From an uncultured bacterium (GTDB taxonomy: Bacteria; Calescibacteriota; Calescibacteriia; Calescibacteriales; Calescibacteriaceae), in NCBI GenBank assembly GCA_938036315.1, contig CALHPK010000009.1, positions 82,236 through 146,235 of the forward strand: 64,000 nt of DNA. Reading direction: 5' to 3'. Shown here in pieces: positions 39,308-50,051 of the stretch; position 1 is the stretch's first letter, and every line of letters begins with the position of its first letter. The notes beneath the pieces are model-generated. The model ran no database searches and had not been told where the DNA came from. It was given only the letters and a program-made list of their open reading frames with translations. The position numbers were made by a program, and so were the translations under genes.

Positions 39308-40693
39308 ATGGGAAAAAAGATAGAGGCTAAGATAATTGAGAGTTCTCCTGAACCACTGAAAGTAGCACTAAAAGCCCTGGCGGAGGTAAGGGGAATAAGC
39401 GAGTCAAAAATTATAGATCATATAAAGGACATACTTATTGAAACCGCAAAAGATATTTTAGGAGATGGTGATTACGATGTTGAAGTAGATCAAGATAACT
39501 TCATTATCAAAAGAAGAAAAAGAGTCGTTGAAGTTGTGAAAAATCCGAATTACGAAATTTCTCTTGAAGAGATAAAAAAGATAGATCCAAGAGCCGAACC
39601 CGGCGATGAAGTCGATGAAATTATACCATTTTCAGCCTTCGGCAGACGCGGGGCACAAAAAGCAAAATCTTTGCTCACAATGCAACTTACCGGCGCAATA
39701 GAAGAAGCCATATTCGAAGAATATTCAAAAAAGAAAGGTCAGTTAATCACAGGAATAGTTAAAGAAGTTGAGTTTAACAGGTTCACCCGTAGCAAACAAG
39801 TATTTGTAAACCTCGGCAGAAACATAATAGGAACCTTGGGTCCAGAAGACTTACTTCCTCAGGATATGAGTAAAATAAAAGAAGGAGACAGTATAAAAGC
39901 AATCATCAAAGAGGTGAGAAAGAAAAAGGAGGGGAAATTTGAAAGAACAGAAATAATCCTATCAAGAACAGATCCGAAATTTGTTGAGGAGATACTAAGA
40001 AAGAATGTGAGTGAAGTTGAGCATGGGGTGGTAAAAATCAAAAAAATAGTTAGAGAACCGGGGATGAGGAGCAAAATTCTTGTCTACTCCAATGATCCAT
40101 CAATAGACCCAGTCGGAACCTGCATAGGAATTAAGGGCATCAGAATAAAGAACATAATGCAGGAACTAGGGGGCGAAAGAATAGATATAATTGCATACAC
40201 AACCGACATCCAAAAATTGATAATGAACTCCTTGGGAATAACAAAAGCCAGCGGGATCTCTATAAGAAAAACCCAAGATTTTACTGAAGCTATTGTCTTT
40301 GTGCCGGATGATATTTTAGCTATGGCTGTTGGTAGGAAAGGAGTAAATGTTAAACTTGCCTCCGAGCTGCTCGATATGAAAATCATCGTCAGGTCTGAAA
40401 CAGAAAGAGAAAGAATAAAAGCTATGCTACCAGAGTTTTATAAACAGTTCGGACTTGGAGAAAAACAATCTCAAATACTCTGGGAACACGGTTTCAAAAC
40501 GCTCGAGGATATAGCTTTGGCACCACTTGAAAAACTGAAAGGCATCCCAGGAATGACTGAGGAAGAGCTAACAAAACTCTGGCAGGGAGCAAGAAAACTA
40601 TATTTTGAAAAACTGAAAGAAATTAGCTCCAGAGAAGCGAAAGAAGAAGAAAAAGAAGAAGAAAAAGGAGCTGAAGCAGGACAAGAACAATAA
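39308..40693 (+). CDS. nusA: Transcription termination/antitermination factor NusA
   Basis: N-terminal domain, an S1 domain, two KH domains (GTCIGIKGIRIKNIMQELGGERIDII; ILAMAVGRKGVNVKLASELL) and an acidic C-terminal tail. SD GGAGG upstream. Confidence 0.9.
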   Translation: MGKKIEAKIIESSPEPLKVALKALAEVRGISESKIIDHIKDILIETAKDILGDGDYDVEVDQDNFIIKRRKRVVEVVKNPNYEISLEEIKKIDPRAEPGDEVDEIIPFSAFGRRGAQKAKSLLTMQLTGAIEEAIFEEYSKKKGQLITGIVKEVEFNRFTRSKQVFVNLGRNIIGTLGPEDLLPQDMSKIKEGDSIKAIIKEVRKKKEGKFERTEIILSRTDPKFVEEILRKNVSEVEHGVVKIKKIVREPGMRSKILVYSNDPSIDPVGTCIGIKGIRIKNIMQELGGERIDIIAYTTDIQKLIMNSLGITKASGISIRKTQDFTEAIVFVPDDILAMAVGRKGVNVKLASELLDMKIIVRSETERERIKAMLPEFYKQFGLGEKQSQILWEHGFKTLEDIALAPLEKLKGIPGMTEEELTKLWQGARKLYFEKLKEISSREAKEEEKEEEKGAEAGQEQ

Positions 40694-41131
40694 ATGATAG
40701 GAAAACAAGGGCTCTTTGAAATCATCTCTACCGAAATAGATTGGAACATAGACTATGAAAAGCTTATCTTTGGTTGTAGAGCAAAAATAAAGGTGAGGAT
40801 TGGCGACAGGATAAAATTTGGGTTTGCTTCATCAAAGAATGGACAAATTAACGCGTTTGATATTGCCCTACGGAATGTGCTAACAGAATTCTTCCCACAA
40901 ATAGAATGGATAAACCTCACAGATTATCAAGTTGAACTTGTAGGAAAAGAAAAGGGAACCCACGGATATGTCAAAGTTAAGGTTGTCGTCGAATCCCGAG
41001 AAAGTAAAAAGTTTGAGATGGAATCAATGGGGGCTGATCTCGTTGCGGCAAGTATAGAAGCCCTCGCTGGAGCTTACGAAATGGCACTCCAGGAAATCTT
41101 GTCAAAAGAAAAAGAAATGAAAATAACATAA
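40694..41131 (+). CDS. Stand-alone LeuA-type allosteric (LeuA_dimer-like) regulatory domain protein, translationally coupled to nusA
   Basis: GFASSKNGQINAFDIALRNVL and LTDYQVELVGKEKGTHGYVKVKVVV...GADLVAASIEALAGAYEMAL match the isopropylmalate/homocitrate synthase C-terminal regulatory domain pattern (ASGxGNGPVDAxFxAI; L.DY...G.G.DA.A.V.V...G.G.DIVEAS.xAyLnAl). The start ATG overlaps the nusA stop (TAAATG). Confidence 0.45.
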   Translation: MIGKQGLFEIISTEIDWNIDYEKLIFGCRAKIKVRIGDRIKFGFASSKNGQINAFDIALRNVLTEFFPQIEWINLTDYQVELVGKEKGTHGYVKVKVVVESRESKKFEMESMGADLVAASIEALAGAYEMALQEILSKEKEMKIT

Positions 41132-41197
41132 ACAAAAGTCTACAACGTAAAAATCTCAAAAAAGCAACGAAAGAAAAAGCTCAATTAACATAAAAAT

Positions 41198-42559
41198 ATG
41201 GGAGTCTCTATATTCAAAACTATAAGGTCACCAGTGATAAAAATAATGTATCTTTTACTTGCAGTCTCATTCTTCATAGGATTCGGCATCCTCGGATCAC
41301 TATCTTTCAAACCAGGATTGCCAGAGATAAAAATTGGAGATAGCAAAGTAAAGTATGATGAATTTATGCTCGTTATGAAAGATATGGGGGGAGAAGATTT
41401 ACCTGAGGAAACAAGAGCTATGCGCGCTTTTGATATGCTTGTCCTAAGAAAAGCAATCTCCTCCCTTATGGAAAATGAAATGAAGATCAATATAGATAAA
41501 ACTTCAATTTTTGGAATATTAGCTTCACCAGCCGGAATAAGATCAAGGCAAGATTACAACAATCTACTCAGGAGTCTTGGAGTGACACAAAGCTCATTCG
41601 AAAATTATCTTGTAGATTCATATCTTTTTGCAAAACTTCAAGATATCATTGTAAGAGTAGAGACAGCGGGTGATTTTACAGAATTTCAAAATTTTGTGAC
41701 AAGATACCTTGGCTCACGCCAGCTCTCGATAGCAGAAATAGATAAATCAAAATTTAGCGTAAAATATCATGAAAAAGAAATGAAAAAATATTACCTCATA
41801 AATCAACATGAATTCAAAGTCCCAGAAAAGAGAGAATTCTGGATAGCAAAGTTTAGCTCAGAGGAAAAAGCCAGATCATTTTTCGATGAAAATAAAAATA
41901 CAAAATTTCAAAGCTTTGAAGAATTTGAAAAGATAGTAGCTAATAAAGAAGGGAAAGCAACAACAACCATTATAGGCAAAGAAAGAGGAGTTCAAGATCT
42001 CCAATTAGCCCCATTTTTTGCTGTGCCTGAAGGTACTATCTCACCGCCACTGCAGGCTCGAGATGAGTGGTGGATAGTGCATGTGAACAAAGTATTTCCC
42101 GAAAATATAATGAGCTTTGAAGAAGCTCTCCCTAAAATAAAACAAAGGTTCTACACAGAGCAAGTCAAAAATGAACTAAGAAAAATCATATCACAAAAAA
42201 ATCTAGACTCACTCGATGAATTCGAAAGATTCATTTCAAAATATTCAGAAAATATATACAGAGAAACAATTCCAATCCATTTAGATTTCTACCCTCACAT
42301 AGGAGTCCAGCAGGAGCTTACCCCATACCTATCAATAGAGAAAGAAGATTTTGTATTCCCGATACCAGTGGAGAACAAAGATAAAGTTTTTGTCGTGTTT
42401 ATTGGCAAATTTTTCCCAGCTCCTGAAGAAAAATTTTCTCAAATGCTCATCAGTGATGTTGAAAGAATAATTCAAGGGATTGTAGCATCATATCTACCCA
42501 GAATTAAAGTGAAACCAGCATCAAAGGAAGAAGCTATTAAAAAGCTAACAGGTATGTAA
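41198..42559 (+). CDS. Membrane-anchored periplasmic chaperone, PpiD/SurA-like (tentative)
   Basis: An N-terminal TM anchor is followed by a long soluble domain. The resemblance to PpiD/SurA chaperone-domain architecture is only weak. Confidence 0.25.
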   Translation: MGVSIFKTIRSPVIKIMYLLLAVSFFIGFGILGSLSFKPGLPEIKIGDSKVKYDEFMLVMKDMGGEDLPEETRAMRAFDMLVLRKAISSLMENEMKINIDKTSIFGILASPAGIRSRQDYNNLLRSLGVTQSSFENYLVDSYLFAKLQDIIVRVETAGDFTEFQNFVTRYLGSRQLSIAEIDKSKFSVKYHEKEMKKYYLINQHEFKVPEKREFWIAKFSSEEKARSFFDENKNTKFQSFEEFEKIVANKEGKATTTIIGKERGVQDLQLAPFFAVPEGTISPPLQARDEWWIVHVNKVFPENIMSFEEALPKIKQRFYTEQVKNELRKIISQKNLDSLDEFERFISKYSENIYRETIPIHLDFYPHIGVQQELTPYLSIEKEDFVFPIPVENKDKVFVVFIGKFFPAPEEKFSQMLISDVERIIQGIVASYLPRIKVKPASKEEAIKKLTGM

Positions 42560-42601
42560 AAAATACGCAACAAGCTCTTTATGCAAAGGTAACCTTGTTT
42601 A

Positions 42602-43705
42602 CTAAAAGGAATATGGATATCTGAAGATTCCATCCTCAGTGATGATCGATGAGATGAGCTCTGGAGGAGTTATATCAAATACGTAGTTTATAACATTGGT
42701 TTCATCATGAGTAATTTTTACCCCAAAAATTTCTTTCACCTCACGTGGGTCTCTTTGCTCCAAGGGGATAGTATCAGAGCTAACATCTATAGTTGTTTTT
42801 GGAGCAAGAACATAAAAAGGGATGGAAAAATGCTTTGACAAAATAGCAAGCATAAGAGTTCCTATTTTGTTCGAAACCGTTCCATCTTTGAGAATCCTAT
42901 CTGCCCCCGTCAGAACACAACTTATGTGGGGGGATGATTTTGACATAACAAATGCAGAAGCGGAATCAACTATTAGCTTGAACTTTATTTTCTCTCTTAT
43001 AAGCTCCCACGTTGTGAGCCTTGCCCCTTGCAAAAATGGTCTTGTCTCCAGAGAAATAACTTCTATGTCCTTACCGAGCTTTTTGACCGCATACTTTATG
43101 GCCGAAAAAGCAGTACCCCATCCCCCGGTTGCTAAACTTCCAGTGTTACAGATAGTAAAAACAGTTCCTTCATCTGGAATGAGCTGAGCACCATTTTTCC
43201 CTATAAGGTAGCAGGATTTGAAGTCCAAAAACCAAATCTCCAAGGCTTTTCTTCTCATTCTTTCGACCAAATCACTGCCTTGAGAACTTACAAACTCTTC
43301 CTCCATATCTTGAAGAGCTCGAAAAAGATTGTAAGCAGTCGGGCGCGAATCAAGTATTACGTTCTTTATTTCACAGAACACCTTATAATCTACTTTCTGC
43401 CCTTTCTCTACCCTTTTTTTCAATCCAAGCCAAACCCCGAAAGCGGCTGATATTCCTATTGCTGGCGCCCCCCTGACGACCATATTCTTTATGCAAAGCG
43501 CTACATCCCGTTCATCTCTGCAGATAACCCATTCTTCCCTCAAGGGCAGATACCTCTGATCTAAGAACTTGATGCAGTCATCACACAACTCAAACCAGGT
43601 ATGTCTTCTCCCACCCTCTGTCTCTTCCTCAAATATCCTACTTACTTCATCACTCATCGAATCTACTCTCAATGCTAAATCCTCCCTTGCAGTCATCCTT
43701 ACCAA
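42602..43705 (-). CDS. mtnA: Methylthioribose-1-phosphate isomerase / eIF-2B alpha-beta-delta family
   Basis: GAPAIGISAAFGVWLG and VLTGADRILKDGTVSNKIGT are typical of MtnA/eIF2B-like proteins. 367 aa. Confidence 0.65.
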   Translation of the reverse strand: MVRMTAREDLALRVDSMSDEVSRIFEEETEGGRRHTWFELCDDCIKFLDQRYLPLREEWVICRDERDVALCIKNMVVRGAPAIGISAAFGVWLGLKKRVEKGQKVDYKVFCEIKNVILDSRPTAYNLFRALQDMEEEFVSSQGSDLVERMRRKALEIWFLDFKSCYLIGKNGAQLIPDEGTVFTICNTGSLATGGWGTAFSAIKYAVKKLGKDIEVISLETRPFLQGARLTTWELIREKIKFKLIVDSASAFVMSKSSPHISCVLTGADRILKDGTVSNKIGTLMLAILSKHFSIPFYVLAPKTTIDVSSDTIPLEQRDPREVKEIFGVKITHDETNVINYVFDITPPELISSIITEDGIFRYPYSF

Positions 43706-46700
43706 AACCTCATTATTGTTTTTATATCCATACCCAAATTGCCCATATTCCCAAGGCCAGAAAATCCATATTTTTTGTTGTCCCAGGTCAACTGTAAAGA
43801 TATGCTATCAGATAACCTATGTGACAACCGAAATTTCACAACTTCATCAATGATACTTTGAACAATTTCGACTTCATTTGCTCCCCACTCTCCCGCTACC
43901 CCTACACTCGTCGGAGATATTGTCGGTCTTATAGTACCCTCCTTCAAGTTCATAGCCTCTTCAATACGAGAAAATAAGAATCTCACATTTCTGTACATTA
44001 CAGATCCGAGTATCTTTCGGAAATCGTCTGCAGATCTACATTTTCTCAAAACAGCAATAACACACACTATATCTGATTCGGGAAGGGAAGGGATAGAAGA
44101 TAAATATATGTTTGGAGCTCTCAGATTTCCCAGAATATTTAACTTTATCAGATAACTCTCACCATCAAGTGTTGATATAGAATTTTGAGCAGATAAATTC
44201 ACGATTATCTCTTCATTCCTCATAAAGACATTCCCCGTAATTTTTCTGAAATCCATACCAGCAAACAAAAACGTCCCATCATGTATTTCAAATATTCCCA
44301 AAATTTTCGGAGAATCTACATATCCAACAATATATATCTGGCCACTAAGTTTCAAGTTTAAAGGAGGTTCATCATAGACAACATTCTTGAGATTTATAAC
44401 TATATTTAATGGAGAACCTTTAGTTGGCTCCGCTGAGGCTGAAGCAAATATTCCTTTGGATTCACCCGTACGAAAGCTCTGAAGCTCCGAGACAACAGAG
44501 CGAATTCTCCTATCTGAAAAGGTTTCATTTGAAATCGTCACTTCACCGAAAATACTCATAGCTCTAAGATCTCCTGAGATACTAAGTTTTCCACCAAGAG
44601 GAATACCTGCAAAACTTTTCATAAAAAGCTCGGCAGAAATTCTTTTAGTCACCATATTATAAATACCATATAATTCTACGGGATTCTCCTTAAAACTCGC
44701 TCTCAAAGCAAAATCTAAAACATCTCTTTTTATATCGGAGGCGAAGTCAAAGTCATCAAATCTTATCCCTTCGAAGATAAAATAACCTGATTTTACCTTT
44801 ACAAAACCACTCCTATCTCTCTTACCATATGCAAACCTGAAAACCCCATCACCATAAATGGGTAAGACACTCTGTACCCCTTTGATACTTCCATCTCCAT
44901 ATATATCACTACCATTAGTAAAGATCATAACATCATCACTCCACACATATGCTAAAAATTTATTAGTATCGAATAAATAAGTAGCAGAGATCTGAAAATT
45001 CTCACAAGTATCACCTGAAAAATTCAGACGTTCCTGCGAGAAAGTAATTTTACCCTTAGCGCACGAACTTCTTATAGGATAATCAACAAAACTTAACTCC
45101 TGAGTAGAAACATCTATTTCTCCATAAATTTTTCCTTTCAAGTTTCCAGATACGCTCCCTAAAAACTCAGAAACTCCAACCATACCCAAATCTACCATAT
45201 CAAATCTTTGCAAATCATAAACACCTTGCAAATATGTCTTAAAGCCTCGATCATCGATTTTAGCCCTGAAGTTCACAAAAGATAATCCATCTAAACTTAT
45301 TCCAGAAGAGGGACAAGCTCCTTCTTTTTCGTAATCCACTCCAACTCCCTCAAGATCTATATTAAATCTTCCATCAAACCTTACTTTCGTTCTAACACTC
45401 AAGGATACACATTCTATTTTTTCTCCCAAGAAATTCGCGTTGCGCACATCTACATATCCGCTAACATTTATGCTATCTTTTAGAAAGAATTTTCCACTCC
45501 CGAAGGTAACCCCGTCTACAGGCATACTTACGCTTAGCGCTTCGAGTATTTTTTTTGCACTTACCTCAAAAAGATTAAAGTCAGCTCTCACGCTCTTTCT
45601 TCTCAAATCTGCCTCACCCCTCCACCTCACTGGATATTCTCCTACATAAATAAGCAGACTAAAATAGGCAACATAATCCTTGAAAGATATCTTTGCCTCA
45701 CCTCTTTCTATATTGATAATATCATATCTGAAATTTTTGATGTCGCCTATCAGCAGACCACCAAACTTCGGAACCTGCGAAGACCCAGAAAATTTTAAAT
45801 ACCCCCTGAGATACCTGATGAGTGAAAGATCAATCGTTCCTGAGAATTTCAAATCCCCTGAACCCATCTTAGAATCGTAGCTACCAGTAATTTCTATGCT
45901 TTCCGATTTTTCCTGACCCAGCTCTACCCTACTATTCCAATCAATTCGAACATACCCAGCATAATCAACTACAATTTTCATCCAACTTGTGGATGATAAA
46001 AAAGTTTTAAATTCATCCCCTGATACAATCTCACTTAAAATATCTGAGAAATTACTTCCTATCTCTACAATCTTTTCCAGATCTGACATAAGTGAAACGG
46101 AAGCCATTACTTCAAACCAGTTATCCTGACAAATTACAAGATGAAAACCACTCCGAATCCGAGGATTATAAATTTCAAACGCCCCGTCCCCTTCAGAACC
46201 TTTCAAATTCCCTCTAAAAGTAAGAATCCCGTCGGTCACCTTCCTGTCCCTGAAAATCAATGATAAGGTGGACTTCAAAGAGATCTTACCGGACAATACA
46301 TTTATATTCCCATCTGAAATTATGCCGAAATCCTTCACATATAAACCAAGTGAACCAAAATCTATGTTTACATTCAAAAGCTTCCCGATCTTCTCCCTTA
46401 TCACCTCTAAAGTTGTACAAACTGAATTGAGATTCAAATCACCACCCGTGCTCCCAGAAATATCAATACGGGCTCCACTGAGCTGGATAATGATATGATT
46501 TGGTAACCTTAATTTAAACTCAACTTGCTGAATTCCAACTACATTGGCATAGATTCCATCAGCAACTAATTTGAAATTTTCAACTTTTACACTATCCAAT
46601 TTCAGACTTTTCGCTCCGACTCCAAAGCTAACCCCCTTTGCATGAACATTCCAAATTTGAACAAGTGGGAAAAATTTAATGTCTATATCTTCAATTTTTA

Positions 46701-46863
46701 CTGCGAACTTTCTATCTAAAAACTCGAGGAAAGGTTTTTTTATTTTATCCTGACGAGATATCAGAAGTCCTATAAGAGCCAGTAAAGATAGTATAACAGA
46801 AATTACAGTTAGAGCCCATATAATAAGAACAGATACAGATATAGGAACTCTGCCTCTGATCAT
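43699..46863 (-). CDS. tamB: TamB/AsmA-like translocation-and-assembly module protein
   Basis: Single N-terminal TM anchor, a long beta-rich body, and a C-terminal DUF490-like ending (LNILGNLRAPNIYLSSIPSLPESDIVCVIAV). No Omp85/TamA gene is adjacent. Confidence 0.5.
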   Translation of the reverse strand: MIRGRVPISVSVLIIWALTVISVILSLLALIGLLISRQDKIKKPFLEFLDRKFAVKIEDIDIKFFPLVQIWNVHAKGVSFGVGAKSLKLDSVKVENFKLVADGIYANVVGIQQVEFKLRLPNHIIIQLSGARIDISGSTGGDLNLNSVCTTLEVIREKIGKLLNVNIDFGSLGLYVKDFGIISDGNINVLSGKISLKSTLSLIFRDRKVTDGILTFRGNLKGSEGDGAFEIYNPRIRSGFHLVICQDNWFEVMASVSLMSDLEKIVEIGSNFSDILSEIVSGDEFKTFLSSTSWMKIVVDYAGYVRIDWNSRVELGQEKSESIEITGSYDSKMGSGDLKFSGTIDLSLIRYLRGYLKFSGSSQVPKFGGLLIGDIKNFRYDIINIERGEAKISFKDYVAYFSLLIYVGEYPVRWRGEADLRRKSVRADFNLFEVSAKKILEALSVSMPVDGVTFGSGKFFLKDSINVSGYVDVRNANFLGEKIECVSLSVRTKVRFDGRFNIDLEGVGVDYEKEGACPSSGISLDGLSFVNFRAKIDDRGFKTYLQGVYDLQRFDMVDLGMVGVSEFLGSVSGNLKGKIYGEIDVSTQELSFVDYPIRSSCAKGKITFSQERLNFSGDTCENFQISATYLFDTNKFLAYVWSDDVMIFTNGSDIYGDGSIKGVQSVLPIYGDGVFRFAYGKRDRSGFVKVKSGYFIFEGIRFDDFDFASDIKRDVLDFALRASFKENPVELYGIYNMVTKRISAELFMKSFAGIPLGGKLSISGDLRAMSIFGEVTISNETFSDRRIRSVVSELQSFRTGESKGIFASASAEPTKGSPLNIVINLKNVVYDEPPLNLKLSGQIYIVGYVDSPKILGIFEIHDGTFLFAGMDFRKITGNVFMRNEEIIVNLSAQNSISTLDGESYLIKLNILGNLRAPNIYLSSIPSLPESDIVCVIAVLRKCRSADDFRKILGSVMYRNVRFLFSRIEEAMNLKEGTIRPTISPTSVGVAGEWGANEVEIVQSIIDEVVKFRLSHRLSDSISLQLTWDNKKYGFSGLGNMGNLGMDIKTIMRFW

Positions 46864-46924
46864 TAATTCAATTTAAGATACGCAAATTTAAGTTTTTACC
46901 TTTTCAGGAATAAGATTCTTATGC

Positions 46925-48334
46925 CTAAGATGAAGTACCTACGATTGATTCGAAATTTTTTCTGACAAACTCAATAGCTTCGGATTTGGTGGCTTCAATT
47001 TTTCCTTCAACTATTGCCCTTTCAATTTCCGCCTTTATCTTGCCTACAAGCGGACCTGGTGGAAGATTGAAGATAGACTGAATTTCGTATCCGTTTAGTG
47101 GTGATTTTATCTCAATTCTACCCAGTTTCATAACCTCCTTTGCTATTCTCGATCTTAACTCTTTTATACCCTTGAGTCTCGGATATGGATCTTTTAGAGC
47201 CATTATATCATACTCAACAAATGAAAGGACAAGATCAGTATTTGTTCCGAGCTTTTTGATAAGCCTTCTTACAGCTGTATCTGACCAAGAAGGAGAATAG
47301 TTAATCATATGATTTTCGACGATAAATGCAACTTTTTTTCTTTCATTTTCTGGGAATTTAAAGGTTTCAAGGAAATCCGTAGCGATCTCTTTTGATATCT
47401 TTTCATGTCCCCAATACACGATCCTACCATCTGGCAACTCCTTTTCTGCGAAGGCTTTTCCTATATCGTGGAAAAAGGCTGACAACCTCATAACTATATC
47501 AGCTGGTGTGATATCAGCGACTCGACAGCAGTGTTCAAAAACACCCTCATAGTGATATGGGGACTTCTGCTCTTTGTATAACGCGGGAACAATCTTAGGA
47601 TATATTATATGAAATACTCCTACATCACGCAGGAATAGGAGTCCCAAGGATGGTTTTGATGCTAAAAAGAGCTTACGGAGTTCCTCACCTATTCTTTCTC
47701 GTGGCTCTGATGTGAGCATTTTCACACATTTTTGTATTGCAACTGTAACCTGATGTGATAAAATATATTCATCAGCAACAAATCGCGCCGCTCGGATTAT
47801 TCTCACTGGATCTGACTTTATACTTTTGAGTGGAGAACCTGGAGCTCTTATAACTTTATGAGTTATATCCACAACCGAAGTTCCGAGAGGATCCAATATA
47901 TTGCTGAATGGTTCAAGAATATTCTTCACTGGAATGACCAAGGTATTTATAGTAAAGTCCCTCCTCAGAAGGTCTTCCTTTACATCTCCTCCCTTTGCTG
48001 CGGACACATCTATTACAATTCTCTTTTCATAACTCTCCTTCCCTGAATTATTTTCAGATCTATCTAAAATTACTCTCACCATCTTGTATTTTTCGATATC
48101 CACAAGAACAACTTTCGAATCTTGAAAGAGCTCTTTAAGTATCTGAGCCAACTGTTTTGCAAAAGTCCTGTAATCTCCTCTAAAAACTGCAATATCAATA
48201 TCATTAAGTTTTATGTCTTCGAATTTCTTTTTAAGGTATAGTTCTCGGGGGAATCCTCCCACAACAAAAGAGTAAGATAGACTTTTGTTCTCTGCTCTAT
48301 ATATAGCAAATAGTATCTTTTTTGTAAAATCCAT
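46925..48334 (-). CDS. cca: CCA-adding tRNA nucleotidyltransferase / poly(A) polymerase family with C-terminal HD domain
   Basis: VVGGFPRELYL...DIDIAV nucleotidyltransferase head, RRDFTINTL, and the HD motif (FFHDIGK). Confidence 0.75.
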   Translation of the reverse strand: MDFTKKILFAIYRAENKSLSYSFVVGGFPRELYLKKKFEDIKLNDIDIAVFRGDYRTFAKQLAQILKELFQDSKVVLVDIEKYKMVRVILDRSENNSGKESYEKRIVIDVSAAKGGDVKEDLLRRDFTINTLVIPVKNILEPFSNILDPLGTSVVDITHKVIRAPGSPLKSIKSDPVRIIRAARFVADEYILSHQVTVAIQKCVKMLTSEPRERIGEELRKLFLASKPSLGLLFLRDVGVFHIIYPKIVPALYKEQKSPYHYEGVFEHCCRVADITPADIVMRLSAFFHDIGKAFAEKELPDGRIVYWGHEKISKEIATDFLETFKFPENERKKVAFIVENHMINYSPSWSDTAVRRLIKKLGTNTDLVLSFVEYDIMALKDPYPRLKGIKELRSRIAKEVMKLGRIEIKSPLNGYEIQSIFNLPPGPLVGKIKAEIERAIVEGKIEATKSEAIEFVRKNFESIVGTSS

Positions 48335-48462
48335 AAAAGGAAAACAATTTTAATACTCAATATGATACAACTTTAACCTTCAATTTTCAGTAAAATTAAT
48401 CAAATAAAATTTATCTATTATCATTGTAAGATTATTGCTGGTCAGAGAAAAACAAAATTGAC

Positions 48463-48840
48463 ATGAAATGGGATATAAGTAATAGTATCCCAGATAATCT
48501 TAAGAGGCTGTTACCGATAATCCTACTTTTTATCTCTAATATCTTTATGACCTTTGCATGGTACGGGCATCTGAAAACTATGAAAAATAAAGGATTAGTT
48601 TTAGCTATAATTTTTAGCTGGACAATCGCTCTGTTTGAGTACTGCCTGCAAGTTCCAGCAAATAGAATTGGTTCGAATTACTTTACTTTACCGCAACTGA
48701 AGATCTTGCAGGAGATAATCACCATGGTTGTATTTGCGCTCTTTTGCATAATCTATATGAAAGTCAAGATAACAGCGGATTATATATGGGCCACACTGTG
48801 TCTTATCGGCGCAGCTTACTTTATCTTCAGAAAAATATAA
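48463..48840 (+). CDS. Small 4-TM membrane protein (DMT-superfamily-like / DUF486-like)
   Basis: 125 aa, four hydrophobic helices, and the motif FAWYGHLK. The family assignment is from memory only. Confidence 0.3.
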   Translation: MKWDISNSIPDNLKRLLPIILLFISNIFMTFAWYGHLKTMKNKGLVLAIIFSWTIALFEYCLQVPANRIGSNYFTLPQLKILQEIITMVVFALFCIIYMKVKITADYIWATLCLIGAAYFIFRKI

Positions 48841-48977
48841 AATGTAACACCCTTTACGATAAGGGGCAGATCAAAAGCACTATCATAATTTCATTTACAA
48901 TGGCAAACTATAAAAAATAATTCAAATAGTCAAATATAAAGACTTCAATATAGTCAAATATAAAGATTTTAATAGAG

Positions 48978-49970
48978 CTACCTAAAGGGGAAATTCATAA
49001 AATATAATTTCAACTTAATCCACCTCCCATAAAGACCATGCTGTTCAAATATCATAACAAGCACAATGGCAATAGCAAAAACAATAGGTATAAATTCTTT
49101 CAAAGCAACAAAGATTTGCTGAATAACTATAACAAAAGCAGCCCCCAGAGCAGAACCGAAAACAGAGCCTATACCTCCTATAACTATTGCGGAAAACATC
49201 AAAATAGACTCTGTTATGTTGAACATTGTCGGCTCAAGATAGCCGATAAAGTAAGCATATAGTCCACCGGCAACCCCAGTGAAAAAGGAACTTATCATAA
49301 AAGATAAAATTTTGTATCTGCTTACATCTACACCCAACGATTCAGCAGCTACCTCACTATCTCTTATTGCAACAAAAATCCTACCCGTATTAGATTTGAC
49401 AATTCTATAACCCCAAAGATAAAACAGTATACACAAGCTCAGAGATAAACAGTACAGTTCATAAGGAGAATCTATCCCCCAGACTCTCTCTATAAATAGT
49501 CCCATTCTACCACCCGAGATAGCAGGCGTGTTTTGCACAAGTTGGAAAAATGCCACTGAGAATCCCAAGGTAGCTATAGCGAGATATGGACCTTTCAACC
49601 TCAGGGAAGGTACTCCCACAATAGCACCGACCACTGCCGCAGTTACGCCAGCCAAAAAAATAGCCGGAATAAGTCCAAGCTTCAAAGAATGCGCTAACAC
49701 ATAAGCTCCAACTCCCCAAAATCCCACCTGCCCGAAAGATATCAAACCTGTGTAACCTATGAGAATATTCTGCCCTAAAACTGCAATCGAATATATAACA
49801 ACTTGCGTTAGAATGTGAATGATGTAATCTGAAACGAAAGCAGGGAGGATAAATAATGTCAGAACTGATACAGCCGTAAAGATAAAGGCTGGTCTGTCCT
49901 GAATTATCCTCCAGTCATCAAGATAATCAATTTTTAACCTTACCGTTCTTTTTTTCAGAGCTGATATCAT
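48978..49970 (-). CDS. livM: Branched-chain amino acid ABC transporter permease (LivM-type)
   Basis: LivM-like multi-TM topology, with the conserved GYTGLISFGQ and GGxGSVxG segments. Confidence 0.65.
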   Translation of the reverse strand: MISALKKRTVRLKIDYLDDWRIIQDRPAFIFTAVSVLTLFILPAFVSDYIIHILTQVVIYSIAVLGQNILIGYTGLISFGQVGFWGVGAYVLAHSLKLGLIPAIFLAGVTAAVVGAIVGVPSLRLKGPYLAIATLGFSVAFFQLVQNTPAISGGRMGLFIERVWGIDSPYELYCLSLSLCILFYLWGYRIVKSNTGRIFVAIRDSEVAAESLGVDVSRYKILSFMISSFFTGVAGGLYAYFIGYLEPTMFNITESILMFSAIVIGGIGSVFGSALGAAFVIVIQQIFVALKEFIPIVFAIAIVLVMIFEQHGLYGRWIKLKLYFMNFPFR

Positions 49971-50051
49971 ATAATCTATCTACTCAATAGATATCTAATC
50001 AATCAATAGATATCTGACAATAAACACCTAAACTTTCTTAATATGTAACAC

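Noticed and set aside
48655-48670. ggttcgaat string resembling a tRNA T-arm.
   Set aside because: It is embedded inside the 48463-48840 CDS, and the flanking sequence shows no acceptor or anticodon stem complementarity. I found no convincing tRNA anywhere in the window.
48845-48870. Short hairpin CCCTT-tacgat-AAGGG between the convergent 48463 (+) and 48978 (-) genes, considered as a bidirectional terminator.
   Set aside because: The stem is only 5-6 bp and the U-tracts are weak on both strands. Too marginal to call.
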